Shown here one piece after another: positions 1-17,265 of a stretch of 64,000 nt of DNA. The notes under the pieces were generated by a model. That model worked only from the letters and a program-made list of their open reading frames with translations, had not been told where the DNA came from and ran no database searches. Made by a program: the position numbers and the translations under genes. This stretch comes from Eledone cirrhosa (taxonomy: Eukaryota). Each line of letters starts with the position of its first letter. Position 1 is the stretch's first letter. Location: assembly GCA_964016885.1 (NCBI GenBank), contig OZ024740.1, positions 93,062,001 through 93,126,000 of the forward strand, read 5' to 3'.

Positions 1-87
1 CGATAACGTACCAGAAACGCCCGTGTTAGATTTACACGACCTTCCCCTCCCTAATATTTCATGAAGCGCGTAAATCAGAAGCCATTT

Positions 88-268
88 GGCAGTATCGGTG
101 GCGGGTTTGACGCCATGCTTACTAGCATAGTTACGTCCCTTTACGGTCTGAGTTCAAATCCCGCCAAGGTTAACTTTGCCTTTCATCCTTACGGGGTCGA
201 TAAAATAGAGTACCAGTAATGTACTGGATAATTGCTGGCCTTGTGCCTAAAGTAGAAACAATTATTAT
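88..268 (+). mobile_element. tRNA-derived SINE with Nin/Deu-like central domain (octopod-type)
   Basis: B-box-like GAGTTCAAATCCC, central GCCTTTCATCCTTACGGGGTCGATAAAATAGAGTACC, 3' end GGCCTTGTGCCTAAAGTAGAAACAATTATT. Related copies at ~17210, 19353, 20441 and 54519. Confidence 0.75.
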
Positions 269-1799
269 CTTTTTTTTTTCAATCATCCACTACATAATTA
301 TTTCATCGATTTCTCAGTATGTGCATAATAATTTGCTAATTTTAACGTTCATCACGTAAGTAAACACAACCCTAGATTAAAGAAGGTATCAAGCGTTTCT
401 TTATCACGTAGGTTTCATCGCTCTGTCTATAAATATTAAATTAAGTTTAACCTTAGCGGCATCTTCAACTAAACATCAAACGTTGCAGTGGAGAGGTACC
501 GCAGTACTATCAATAATTAAGTTTAGAAAATAATTCACAAACATCTGAATTGTTTATACACCTCTGGAGCATCAAATAACTTTGGTGACAAAAGTAATAA
601 CGTTCGAGTCCTAAACATTTGTAGATTATACATATACCTAATCTTACACTTTTTTTCCTCCAAAATAAAATATTGTGTAATCTGCTGTGTTTGATATTTT
701 TTTTTTTCGTAAAAATTCTTGGATTATATTGCAGCCCTGTCCAGTTATATGTGCTTCAAATGTTTTTCTTTTCGTTATTCAATGCTTCATATGATGGAAT
801 ATTATATTTTCCGTAGGTATCTAGGCTTTCATATTATATACATACATACAGATATATCTATACATGTTTATATGTAAGTGTGTATTTATTTGCTGGCTGC
901 TATGATGTGTGTTTTTGTGCATGTGTGCATATTCCCATACCGTATACATAACTTGTATCAATGTAAGTATTTTGTTTAAAATGTATTACTGTTATATTAA
1001 GTATCCATTTATTAACACATCTTAAGACTATATAATCAGCACTATAGCAGAAATTAATATCAAGCTTAATAACATCACCGTATATGTTAGAACACTAGGG
1101 GATTTGACGTCAATAATGTGAGAAGAAGCTCAATTGATAGAATTACTCATTATTTCCGTTTTTGTGTTGGAATCACGTACGCAATTCAGATGTGAGATGT
1201 TCAGCTCTCTATAATGGAACACACATGCAAGCTCCCTTGTACATTCTGTAGTGGCAATTAATTATGTTATAGTATAGAATATGACAATTGTTGGATTTGA
1301 AGTCTTTTATTAATGATAACATTCGAGTAGGCATTATCACACCTTGAGCCAGCTAGTGGCCACAAATAGCAATTTCAACCTATATGCAACTACAGAACGA
1401 GGAAGATAGTAAATATAATTTATATATTTATTTAATACATTTTACTTTTCGTTTTGTAGTGTATATTCACATTATGAATAATGAGCATCGCTGTTAATTA
1501 AAAAATGGATTTATTTGCGAAATCATTTAAACTAAATTGGGAAGAATGTTGACGGGGAAAGCATTTGTCGGAAAATGACAGTGATGGAAAATTGGTACCG
1601 AGATATAGCTATTCAATTGTGATCGATTACTTTTTAAAAATGTAATTATATTCAGTCTCAGTCACGCTGGCTTATAGAAATAACGAATGTTTGAGGCCTC
1701 CGTAAATAATTAGATTATAAGCAATGGTAATAAAATAAAATAGCAACCTTCCCTCTCACTACGTGAGGGCGAATTTCGGTGTGGATGGATAGAATAATA

Positions 1800-2500
1800 G
1801 GCGTCAATTATTTGAATATGCTAATTTGTTAACTCCTTCGTGTTTGTCCACATGGAATTAAGAGCAAAGCAGAAGCATTCAGACCAAATAAATATGTGGT
1901 GTAATACAGCAAATGAAAGTGACTATCTTTATATATTACAGAGCATTTGAACAGCAAACTTCTCAGCTCATTGCATGCCATTTCCCTACTGCTAGTAGCC
2001 CAAAACGTTTTCAATATTCTGGCTGTTTCCATTAGTCATGTCTTCTGGAGCAGATTAATCCCTGATGTAAAGCCTATTTTTTGTGTGTGTCTGCAATTCA
2101 TTATTTCAGTATTTCAATAATTTATATTTGAAGTCTGTAAAAGTTTCTAATTTCTTAAGTAATTCGTTCAATTCTGGCGTCAATTTGACACACTACATAC
2201 ATGTGGATACAATTATTTTCTTTCTCAATGATAGCAATATCTGCTCTGTTGTGTTCCATACTTATTTCGGTCTGAATTGAGAAATTACATAAGAACTATA
2301 TCATCGTGCTGAAGGACACACATTGGAATAACAAATTTCTGTTCAAAGTCTTTTATGCACATGTAAATCCACACGGTTTACAAAGACTTTAGCGCATCAA
2401 GATCGTCAAAAGCATTCTGGCCTAACTACATACACCTTGAAACCATGTAGGTAACACATATCAGAACAAAATCCATACAACCTATATTTAAAATATTATA
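1800..2500 (-). pseudogene. Highly decayed hAT-like transposase relic
   Basis: Minus-strand FW...YYTTYLFGLNASALLLI resembles the hAT dimerisation motif (TTYLCE..FS.L..I). Upstream CVLQH resembles the CxxH motif. Many stops. Confidence 0.35.
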
Positions 2501-3650
2501 TGAATCTAATTGCGACCATATCACCGCAATATACTTATACGTTGATGCATTGGTAATATTGTGGTGACGCCACATCAAAGTTCAGACTAATAGCACAAAT
2601 AGTGGAATGGAGTTGATTTATAAACGATTAATCTATGGATTGGTACAATAAGAAACACTCAAGAATTGTGGATGCGTACTATAAAGGTTTTCATTGTTCT
2701 TAAAATTATGGAAGGTTTTTAATTGATCTGTAAATCTCATAATTTACAGATATTAGTGTAATATGATAATAATGTTTTAAGTTGCTTCAAGTATGTTAAT
2801 AGTATATATGTTTTCTTATCACATCATACATGAAAGAAAAGTTGTTATATTATCAATTATATATTCTGAAATTGTATACATGCAATCTATAATTGTTGCT
2901 TATTCGAAAATGAATCGTTAGAAAAAAACGAATGTGCACAGTTTGTTTATTTAATATTGCACCTGGTGTAATTACTGATGAATTGAGCCTTTTACATAAT
3001 GATACGCATGCGAATCTATTAGTGAGTTAGTATAAAATAATAGTATGGCACAGAAATGTTGATTTTATTAAGCAGACATCATTTTCAGAAGATTTCCAAT
3101 GGATATTCCTGGGTAACAATGTAATTGAAATGCACAGTTTAATTCAATTTCAAAGTTTATTTCTAAGTCATAATGATAGGTTATTCAAATATTGTATTCA
3201 TTGGGTTTTCCTTTTTTATACGTTTCTCCTTAAATCGTGCTTATTATGATATACATTTTCTTTTACCATTGTTTTACATTTTTTCCATGTATATATTTAC
3301 ACAGGTATTTTATTCAGTTCAATATATATTGTTCTAATGTATTTTCAAATCATAATACATGGTTAAAATTTCTTATTAAATTTACATTTATATTTTCAAA
3401 TGTTATTGCAATTGAAATTTTAAGGAATTGGAATTCATTATCAGGAAACACAACATAAAATATCAGTAAAAAGAAAACTCTTTCGTGTGGTGAATGATAC
3501 AGCAGAGAGAAACTCAGGTATTAAATATTGTCACAAATGTATAAGCAGTACGACACGGTCAGAAAATATATGCTGTTAATTATTGTGAAAATCGCTTCAA
3601 TATATCATTAATGTAATAATATTATTACATTAATATGAGGACAGAAATGG

Positions 3651-5843
<2,193 letters not shown>

Positions 5844-5976
5844 GTGAGGTTTTTTTTACAAAATGAAAAAAATAACCGAGGTGTCCTACACGAGTGAAAG
5901 TATAAAGAAAAAGAGATGAAATCGAAAATGCAACTGAAGTCTTATTTTTTTTTTAAATATATATATTTATTTGGTT

Positions 5977-6014
5977 CCTTTACCGGTTTCGCAGTTCTTC
6001 TGCTTTTCAAAAGG
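5977..6014 (-). ncRNA. Minimal type I hammerhead ribozyme, U3-A8 core
   Basis: Reverse complement of 6289-6326. Confidence 0.75.
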
Positions 6015-6288
6015 TGAGTTGAGATGGAGGGTCTGTGGTTTTTCTCACATCTGGTTGGTCTCTGAATGTTACTTGTTTTATATGGAAAAAGTGGCTCGAA
6101 ATTCCAGGTTTTTCGAGAAGTAATTTGATTGGTTTGTCAATAATTATAATTTATTATAATTATTGACAAACCAATCAAATTACTTCTCGAAAAACCTGGA
6201 ATTTCGAGCCACTTTTTCCATATAAAACAAGTAACATTCAGAGACCAACCAGATGTGAGAAAAACCACAGACCCTCCATCTCAATTCA

Positions 6289-6326
6289 CCTTTTGAAAAG
6301 CAGAAGAACTGCGAAACCGGTAAAGG
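6289..6326 (+). ncRNA. Minimal type I hammerhead ribozyme, U3-A8 core
   Basis: cctt-TTGAAAA-gcag aagaa ctgc-GAAA-ccgg-TA-aagg. Stems I and II pair and stem III is palindromic. Confidence 0.75.
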
Positions 6327-6390
6327 AACCAAATAAATATATATATTTAAAAGAAAAATAAGACTTCAGTTGCATTTTCGATTACATCTC

Positions 6391-6450
<60 letters not shown>

Positions 6451-6482
6451 AGAACAAAAGGTGGTTAAAAGTGTTCCATGTA

Positions 6483-6549
6483 TTTTATTATGCGCATTTC
6501 AAAAACAAATATCATCATGCAATAATATTTGTGTTTTCATCAGATAAAA
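6483..6549 (-). ncRNA. Type I hammerhead ribozyme, canonical core
   Basis: Reverse complement of 6665-6731. Confidence 0.85.
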
Positions 6550-6664
6550 CAGGAAGACATGATATGAAGATTAAAAAACACTTGTGGATAGTGCAGTTTT
6601 AAATCAACAAATGAAAACTGCACTATCCACAAGTGTTTTTTAATCTTCATATCATGTCTTCCTG

Positions 6665-6731
6665 TTTTATCTGATGAAAACACAAATATTATTGCATGAT
6701 GATATTTGTTTTTGAAATGCGCATAATAAAA
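6665..6731 (+). ncRNA. Type I hammerhead ribozyme, canonical core
   Basis: ttttat-CTGATGA-[aaacacaaatat...atatttgttttt]-GAAA-tgcgca-TA-ataaaa. Confidence 0.85.
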
Positions 6732-6856
6732 TACATGGAACTCTTTAAACCATATTTTGTTCTTATATATTATATATACTCCAGTCCTACAAACTGTAGA
6801 ATGTTTCTTATACGATATCTGCATTGCTTTATTGTACTACAATAAAACTCACCTCC

Positions 6857-6939
<83 letters not shown>

Positions 6940-6949
6940 TATAATATAT

Positions 6950-6993
<44 letters not shown>

Positions 6994-6998
6994 CATGT

Positions 6999-7105
<107 letters not shown>

Positions 7106-7822
7106 TTATATATATATATATATATTTATTTAATACATTAACAGATAAAGCTTTAAGCAATAATCCGACCGGCTTCCGTCTCATACAACAAACATTAGGT
7201 AATACCTTAGTATAATCCCATTTATACGTTTGGGGTGCTAACTACACGTATTTTGCGGATAGCCAGTTGTATTATTTTATATGAGACATCATTAAAATAC
7301 ACCTCTCTTTCCAAATGATCGTTTCATTATAAGTTTTCTACAAATTGGGAAAATAATGTCCATGTTATGTAGAAAGCTACATATAGTCCGTAGGTGGGAA
7401 CTTATAAATCATCAGTGGATGCCCGACAAATATCGATAAAAAAAACATTACCGATATTAATGTTCAGTGATGGTACCCCTCCGTGCCAGAATGATCGCCA
7501 AATTTGAAATTCCAGGAGTCTCACACTGTCATCAAGCGGAAAGGGGAGGTCATCGCAACACATAAACAAATAAAATAATATGCACGCGGGTCAATTAATT
7601 CTTTCAATTATTTTAACCATGCGTGAAGAACTCAATTGGATATAAAAAAATAAATATATGCATGTATTATTTATACACGCATATAGGTATTTTCTTAGGC
7701 TAAAAACAGAGATAAGTTACCGGAAGAACAATCAATGTTTCATACAAAGAATAAGTACGGAAAGTGATACCTAAAAAGTATCTGGAAATATTCATCCCTG
7801 GCCAAATCAAGAGTATAATATT

Positions 7823-9223
<1,401 letters not shown>

Positions 9224-9699
9224 CAGATGTCTATTTAATCTTGTGACTTACTTCTGGCTAAATTTGTACGTATTCTTGTAGATCTTTATATACAATTTAA
9301 GTATATTTATGTCTACATATATTTTTTTGATGTTTTATTACCAACTATTAGAGTTATGAACTCAAATATACACCAATTTCCTACATCAATTTTCTTTAAT
9401 CTTTTGAGGTAAATGTAGTTCCTCTATAAGTCTATTCTATTAGGTTACATGAAATAATTTCCTGACTAATTAATTGTTATTATTTCGTGCTTTAAGTAGT
9501 GATATCTATGTACAGTTTTTTGATAATGTTTTATTTATGAGTAATTTCAGATTACGACATCATTAATACTTGTAAAACAAGTGTATATGTTAATGTTATT
9601 TCAATATAGGACATATATTTCTATTAATTTTATCAATAGTATTTTGCTCGATATTCTAACTACACGGGAACTTTTAACGTTATATTATGTATTATATGT

Positions 9700-11450
9700 G
9701 TGAAGTCTGAACGAGTAACCTCCAAGTCCAGCTAAATTTCCCTCCACCTCTTGTCACGGCTGACAAGGCGGAGAATATATAACCCTGGAGGATAGATAGG
9801 GAGTGGCAATGTAACAACCACACATCATTGCACGGATCCATTTGCAGGCAGCAAATCCACATTGATAGCAATCATCACGGATGTGGTTGGGGGCATAGAA
9901 TGATGGAAAACTTGATTGTTATAGGCTGTAGCAAAAACCTATCACAGAGCGGCCGATAAATGGTCATCTTGTCCTCTTGATCATTGAGGGCAGCACAGGC
10001 TGGGCTGGTAGCCGAATGCACCAGATTACCAGACATTATAGTATCATAGCATGCCGTATCACAAACATTTTATCATGTCATCTCTCCTCTTGCTACCCCT
10101 CGATACAGCCCAGCTAACCCGAGCTGGGAAAGGAATCCTAGGCCATCCAGTCCATGTTTTATGATTTCGTTGAGAGCAGCAATATGTGGGTGGTGGTCAG
10201 CATTGTTACGACATGACAATATGCGGGAAGCGAAATGACACACGATGGTATCTCAGGTGTATTTTTCAAGCTCATTGGGCCGGAAAAATGACTTCATTGA
10301 AACTCGGATCTCTGAAGGTGTGACTGTCCAGCTGAAGACCGCTTTTCGGTTAACTTGAGCGAACACTTGCATGACGGTACTGGTGGAGCCAACACAGCAT
10401 ACTGCCTGGCATCATGTTGCAAATATTGCCTCTCAATTGATTTTTTCGGATTTCACTTCTAGGTAGTGAAGAGGAGGATACAAATTCACAGTCTGCAGGA
10501 CTTACTAGGTTAAGATGTGTTGGGGAAAATATGTTGAAGGGGATATTGCAAGACGCCACTGGCGAAAAAAAGGCAGCAAGGCCAGCAAAAATGGAGAATG
10601 GCGCCATCATATCTGACGGGTTAGTTGACGTATTGCCATAGAATGTGCTCAAACCGAACGTTGCATTTCTCCTCTAGAGTTCATTGCATGAATATATGAA
10701 CATCTATGAGGAGAGAGATTTGGCTGTAGCAGGGGTATCTACAGAATATATATAGGAGCTTTGGCATGTTTCAGTACTTCCACAATAGAAAGAATGCCCG
10801 GTGTGCATCGATCAGCATCAGTCCACTTCTCAGGGTTTCTAGCTGTTAGAGCATGAACCTGAGAGAAAAAGATCTAGCGCGTGGGAGGATCGGTGAATGG
10901 ATCAGAAGGCCATCTTCTTTAGGGGTCACCCCTGCCTAGTAGAATGATGATCACACGTCCGCATCGGATGTCTTGAATCCTTTTGCGTCGTATTTGACGT
11001 TCATGAACTCTGATTTTATGAATTGATCTCTAGGCTGATACTCGCCAGATTGAATATCATGTAAAACGCACCCTTCATACCCACCTTTCGTCACATCTTC
11101 CAATTGCTAGAGGTTGAGAGCGGTGGTGAAGCTCTGAAGAACGCTTTCCACATCGAGAGCGATGAGATTGTGACACTATTGATCACCTTGTAGGGTTCCT
11201 TTCGAAAAAGGCATTATATTAGCTTAAGTGAGGGGCAAATTCGGGGACACGTATGACAACGGATTGAGGGACCGGCCTCAGCTAAATTAAAATTCGAGTA
11301 AATGATGGAGACACAGACATATGCATGTGTTTTTCGTGTTTAACTTGACGTTGAGATACCTGGAATCAATGGCAACGGATTGGGATGATAATTTTCGATG
11401 TAATGCCTAGCGGTTTGGGTGGACAAACATTGTGTTCTCATAGGATGAAG
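9700..11450 (-). pseudogene. Possible decayed LTR-retrotransposon gag/protease relic
   Basis: GC-richer island. Minus-strand LCWLH resembles the CWYH gag knuckle and is followed by a DT..V...IAALN protease-like stretch. Heavily broken. Confidence 0.3.
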
Positions 11451-11601
11451 TAAGATAATATGATATCTCTTGAGAGGTGAAACCGTTGGTAAAAGCAAAA
11501 AGAATAGGTAAATATTTAAATTATATTTTTTGAATTTATTTTCAAAGAAATTCTAGAATTTTACTTGCTCCGCTCATTTCAATTTTATATACATACATAT
11601 A

Positions 11602-11639
<38 letters not shown>

Positions 11640-11640
<1 letters not shown>

Positions 11641-12720
11641 ATACTTTGGGAGGGTCATGTTGCCAATAAGAAACACACGCACCAGTTGATCACTTCAATT
11701 TATTATAATAAATTTATAAATTTAGGATTTTATAAATTTCCGGTTGGTTGTTTTATTCCAGAACCAGATGGTTGTTCATATATTGTCAAAGATCTTTCGT
11801 CACACATGTTGTGACCTCTTCAATGACCGGGGTTCCTTTTCTTTGTTTTGTGTGCCTCACCTTTGTTCTGTCCTACCCTATCTTGTTTGTGTGTGTGTGT
11901 TGTGTACTTAGTTTGCGCATGTGTTACATCCGGCTGTATGTGTGTTATATTCGTTTATTTATTAGTTTATTACATGTTACTGGTTGGTTGTTTGTTCTAT
12001 GTGAGTGTGTGTTTTCATTTTGTCCTTAATTATAAGTTGTGATGTTGCGGTTCCACTCATGTTTTCTATTTAATTTTGGTTGGAGTTCATTTATGTTTAT
12101 TGCCTCTGTGATTCGTCTAAACATTGCGTCTTTTCTGTGTGTAGATTCTATTTTTATTTCTATGTTCTCTAATTTACACTTATGTTCTATTTTAGCATCT
12201 TGGTAGAGTACGGATGATTCTTTACTATCTTGAAGCCCTCGCGAGTGTTCATTTATCCGTTCCCCTATACTACGAGCTGTCTCACCTATGTACACTATAT
12301 TTTTATATCTCCATTGTCCGTCAGTACATTTTATACTATATACTACATGTCTAGTTTTATAGTTAATATGGGGGCTTAATTTACAGATTATACATTTCTT
12401 ATCTATACAGGGAGGTCTTTGAAAAGGTATGTCTTGCTAATAAGTGTTAGCCGGAGTACAATATCAGGGTTAAGGGGTCTTCTAATTGTTCTTTAAGTTT
12501 AAGTTTAAGTCTACTGACCCACCATGCCATGAATAGTTTAGCTATGTCACCTGCAATGCTAACACGAATGGCTACTTCCTCCTCTTGGGCATATGTTTTT
12601 CCATTAAATTTGAGCATATGTTCCTTAAGGGTTAATTTTATGCTGGCCCCCACCGCATGTGCAATCATTTTCTTTAGTTCATCGTGGTTTTCGGGTGTCC
12701 GTATGGCTCTGGTCCACCCG
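11640..12720 (-). mobile_element. Internally deleted PLE: RT fragment, GIY-YIG and 3' UTR with HHR
   Basis: 12026-12295 encodes YIGETARSIGERINEH...RRITEA...PKLN. 12447-12668 encodes FNGKTYAQEEEVAIRVSIAGDIAKLFM, a PLE RT region. Confidence 0.85.
11785..11827 (-). ncRNA. Minimal type I hammerhead ribozyme (C3>U variant)
   Basis: Minus strand: gtca-TTGAAGA-g gtcaca acatg tgtgac-GAAA-gatc-TT-tgac, about 200 nt downstream of the GIY-YIG stop. Confidence 0.65.
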
Positions 12721-12856
12721 AATAGGTAAATATTTAAATTATATTTTTTAAATTTATTTTGAAAAATTGTTTGAACTTTACTTGCTGTATAAACTGAATA
12801 AATTGAATAAATTGAATTTTACTATATGTATAAATATATATATAGATTTGTATATG

Positions 12857-12929
<73 letters not shown>

Positions 12930-12931
<2 letters not shown>

Positions 12932-14012
12932 CAAACCCTCACAATGAATCCTACAAATGTGGAAGGCCCAACTGTGGCATATGCATAAATCTAATAGAAG
13001 GTCAACATTCCATTTTAAGCGAGGATAACATTTCACACTTAAACTCAACTTTACATGTGCATCTGAAAACCTAATCTATGTTTTGACCTTCTCAGGTTGT
13101 CAAGAGCACTACATAAAAGAGACAAAAACAGCCTCCGACAACGTATGACCAACCATAAATCACAAATCAAAATTCAGGAATACAGAAAGATTGCATTTAG
13201 TGAACATATCGCCAATTGTGCACCCAACCAACATCCAAACTTTAAAATTTTCCCCATTTACAACTTCATAGACAACGCTAATTTCATCCATCGTACCAAT
13301 AAGGAAACGTATTTCATTAACAAATTCCAACCTCTACTTAATGCACTAAACTTCGGACTAAACTACAACTGAAGGAACAATCAAACAATTACAAATACCT
13401 ATGTATATCTAAAGAGTCAACTCTCTGACACCCTACCTAATACTTTTTTTATAAATAAATTAAATATCATCCAGCATGAATTACCTCCCCTTGCATATTA
13501 ACTCTCTAAAAAGGGAAATCATATCAAATCCCAATCCACTATTTGCCTCCATATACTAAGCACTCTTCCTATATTAACACATGTTGATCTGCTTATCTTC
13601 AAGAACTATGCCTGTAAATAATATTTGTTTTTCTTTCACATTGACTTATTATTCTCCGCATTACGCCCCTTTTTTCTTTTCACTTCATAAACCTTGTTTG
13701 TTATATACATTATTCTTTCTGCACCATTTCTTTAACATGTCCAACACCACCATTCTACACCAATACACATTATTATCCTTTGATAATGCGTAAAAATGCT
13801 GAAACCGGTAATATATAATTATTAAATATATAAATAAATAAATAAATGCTATTGTTAATTAATAAAAAAAATAAATCAACTAATACCTTTACATTTCACG
13901 CAAAGTAAAATATTCGTTTTAATCATTTTCTAACCCAGACAAAAAAGAAAGAAAGAAAAACGGAAAACAACATATTTTTCTTCCTAATAATCGTCTTTTT
14001 CTCCCTGTTTTT
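12930..14012 (+). mobile_element. 5'-truncated PLE (Neptune-like Cys linker, GIY-YIG) with degenerate HHR at ~13775-13815
   Basis: KCGRPNCGIC motif, then frameshifted LRQRMTNHKSQI...HRTNKETYFINKFQPLLN. 3' UTR has TTGATAA...GAAA-ccgg-TA. (TA)n on both sides. Confidence 0.8.
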
Positions 14013-14033
14013 ATATATATATATATATATATA

Positions 14034-14912
14034 CTAGCCGGTGCCACTTTTTATTAAGTTAATAATCTGAAAAATAATATTGTATTATAAAGAAGCAGTT
14101 TCAGGAAAAAAATAGAAATATGCACTTGGGGCTGGACAGCGTACAATGAGAAGTGGAGCGACGTGAAAAGCGTTCTTTATTAACAGCGAAATAGCAATGT
14201 CGATGATATGCAAGTTTGAAAATGCAGATTATGAAGGGTTTTTTATGATAGTTTACACTTTGATTGCCCTGGTCAGCAAGAGGGTCCTCTATATATTTCG
14301 CTGTTAATAAACTGTTGCCTTCTACAGTACGTGTCATATACATTTTTCAATTACAGTTGCTCTATATTAAATTTAAATACTTCTATAACGATTATGCAGT
14401 ACCGTTTCATGAAATCGATTCTGCAGTATTATTTTACGAAATGCCAAAGCGAAAAAGGTCACTGTTTACTAACAAAAGAAATAAAATTTTTACATTGCGA
14501 CAAACCTGTTCTAATACTGGGGTTAGTTATTTACCCCTCTTCTAATAAACGTCTAATATATAGAGGCCCCTCTTGCTGACCAGGGTAATCAAAGTGTAAA
14601 CTATCATACAAACCTTCATAATCTCCATTTTCAAACTTGCATATCATTGACATTGCACTTTCGCTGTTAATAAACAACGCTTTTCACGTCGCTCCACTTC
14701 GCATTGTACGCCGTCCAGCCCCGAATGCATATTTCTATTTTTTTCCTGAAACTGCTTCTTTATATAATATTTTTCAAAAACATCGAAAGAACGTTGTGTT
14801 TGATATGTTATGAAAACATTAATGAGTTTAAAAATGTGTTTGAAATTGTAAATAAGACAATGAATATTGAAAGCGACTACGGAAAATAACTCATCCAAGT
14901 ATTAGAACAGGG
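14034..14912. repeat. Element with ~220-bp inverted repeats (14075-14297/14555-14775) and a second ~28-bp IR (14505-14532/14885-14910); class uncertain
   Basis: Reverse-complement match ~90% by eye. CTAG next to (TA)n at 14034 could be a Helitron end. No HHR seen. Confidence 0.6.
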
Positions 14913-15129
14913 GGAAATAACTCACCGGAAGCAATAGTAGATAGACCTTTTGAGGGCCCTAGGGACCACATTTTTCAAGTTAGAGATTTGAAACCTCGTC
15001 TATTGGCTTCCTGGGCACTTTTTACATAGGTGTGTTCATGTCCGTCCGACCACGTCTACTGCCACTTAGCCGTGCACAACTGAATTTAAACCACCACCCA
15101 TTTCACAAAATATATATTATATATATACA

Positions 15130-15191
<62 letters not shown>

Positions 15192-15783
15192 CATATCTGA
15201 GCGTAACAATATGTGTGTGCGTGTCCCTGTATATACGCGCATGCTCGAACAATTGTTCTCAGCGTTTCGTGATCAACGTATGAAACGCGCATCTTGTTCT
15301 TCTATAACTCTTTATTAAGTCGTGACCAGAATTGAATGGGAATTTGCCATTCATAATAATAACATTTCCATCTAGCGAATTTGCTAAGGATGTCAAAGCT
15401 ATTCACAATGTAGGATCATATCAAATGTTAAGACATGATTTGGTCATACTTATCTTGTTTTCTTGTAAGTTATATTGTTTTATATATTTTATTTCCATTT
15501 CCTGTAATTCATTACCTATAGAAGTTAGTCGCATTATAATAAAAGTTAGACAATTCTGATAACAGCATTCTCAAAATAAAACTATATCTCAATTTTATGT
15601 GCATTTATATGATGGTTACTTTTATTCGTTTGCTCACATTATTTCAGATTATATTCCAATTGAATATATACTTTTATTTCCTTTTACCTCCACATATATT
15701 TACGTTGATAACTGTCCAATCTATTCAGGCTGACTGTTTTCACTCGCTCCTCTCATTTAGTTTCTCTTAATATACATTCTGGA

Positions 15784-15878
<95 letters not shown>

Positions 15879-15986
15879 CATATATTTGTGTGTTTGAATA
15901 TATTGCCAATTAAATGTGGATAGATGTACGTATGTTTGTTTCTCTTTCCCTGTCTCTCTCCTTCTCTCTTTCTCTCTCTCTTTATA

Positions 15987-16023
<37 letters not shown>

Positions 16024-16045
<22 letters not shown>

Positions 16046-16248
16046 CGAAGGAAATGTGGTAAGGAAACAGATGGACCGTAACGCACCAAAATACTCAATA
16101 CTTAGGGTTGTAGAGTGGGTAATAGGAACGAGTAGGACCCCGAGGCTGAGCTCAGGCCGTTTCGACGGCTAATTCTGGACGGCTAATTAGTCCAGAATTA
16201 GCCGTCTAGACGGCTTGAACTCAGCCGTCGGGGTCCTACTCGTTCCCA
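16024..16248. mobile_element. Mini PLE 3'-end fold-back (arms 16125-16180/16190-16246)
   Basis: Same ~100-bp terminus as 21490-21570 and 38786-38870. Inserted in (TA)n. Confidence 0.8.
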
Positions 16249-17207
16249 TATATATATATATATATATATATATATCTTCACCATCCACCCTCCTCCGCAG
16301 ACGAGACGAAACTATACCGTCGCTCGCTCTACCTCCATCAATTTCTGTACCTGATAACGATTTTGATTTCAGAATCATAGTTTATATCAGTATTTTGCAT
16401 CAGTATATTCTTTTTAATACTCCGCCACCAACCTATCTCATGATTGTAACGAAATGTTATGCTTAGAATCCAGATGGTCCCCAGATGTATGGTAATGGAT
16501 AGCAAAACATAATATTCTTTGCCGAGTGATGTATCACAGCTATACCATTCATTGGTATATCTAATTTTTAGCTATATTATCATTTCAACAGATTTTCAAA
16601 ATTCTTCCTAACAGCTTAGTATTCTATTAAATTTTTATTTTTAAATTTCATTTTATTATTCAATATTCTTCCTTCTATTGCAGAAAACTAAGTCATTCTA
16701 ATTTTCAGTTTCCTTTCCATGTTTCCTTTATATAGTTTACTTTCTTCATTGCAGCCTACGTCAGTATTTTCTTTCCATTAAATCCACCCTTGCTTTCCGT
16801 GATATACTTAATTAAATATTTGATTGAATATCCTATGTTTCTCCTCAACTTCTAATGATAAAACCTTTTTACCCGATTATTCATGGGATGGTAGCAGTAT
16901 TGAATCCTCAGGAAAGCCTTCAAAAGTAAACATGTTGTAGCCAATTTGTCTTAATGGATCTTTTTGGGAAGCCAACTTTGGTCATGAATGCTATCCAAGC
17001 ATATTATAAGTGTTATGTTATTGGTTCTTCTGTCGGCTGGCTTTGCACATAAAAACTGTCTAGTGTTACTTTCCTTTGAATGTCTAATTCCATGCTCATT
17101 GTGCCGGAACGCTGATCTCTTCCTTGAGCAAACTCTTTTGAGTAACGATACTCTAAATCCCTTTGGCGGTATATCATTTCGGACACCTTCATTACATAAA
17201 TGTATTA

Positions 17208-17265
17208 AATAATTGTTTCTACTTTAGGCACAAAGCCAGCAATTACCCAGTGCATTACTGGTACT
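17208..17265 (-). mobile_element. SINE 3'-end fragment
   Basis: AATTGTTTCTACTTTAGGCACAA...CAGTGCATTACTGGTAC is the reverse complement of ~208-265. Confidence 0.7.

Larger units (their letters stand above)
5838..6395. mobile_element. Non-coding PLE-type fold-back: ~240-bp arms (5910-6150/6153-6395), 2-nt loop, unpaired 3' tail 5838-5909
   Basis: Near-perfect palindrome centred on TAATTATAAT-tt-ATTATAATTA, (TA)n on both sides, one HHR per arm. Related single copies at ~35580-35780 and ~42590-42720. Confidence 0.85.
6443..6860. mobile_element. Second non-coding PLE-type fold-back: ~160-bp arms (6443-6600/6614-6778), 13-nt spacer, unpaired tail ~6780-6860
   Basis: Direct reverse-complement match, (TA)n on both sides, one HHR per arm. 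Confidence 0.85.

Noticed and set aside
15300-17200. Possible decayed coding relic or host exons on the minus strand
   Set aside because: Stops in all frames and no diagnostic motif.
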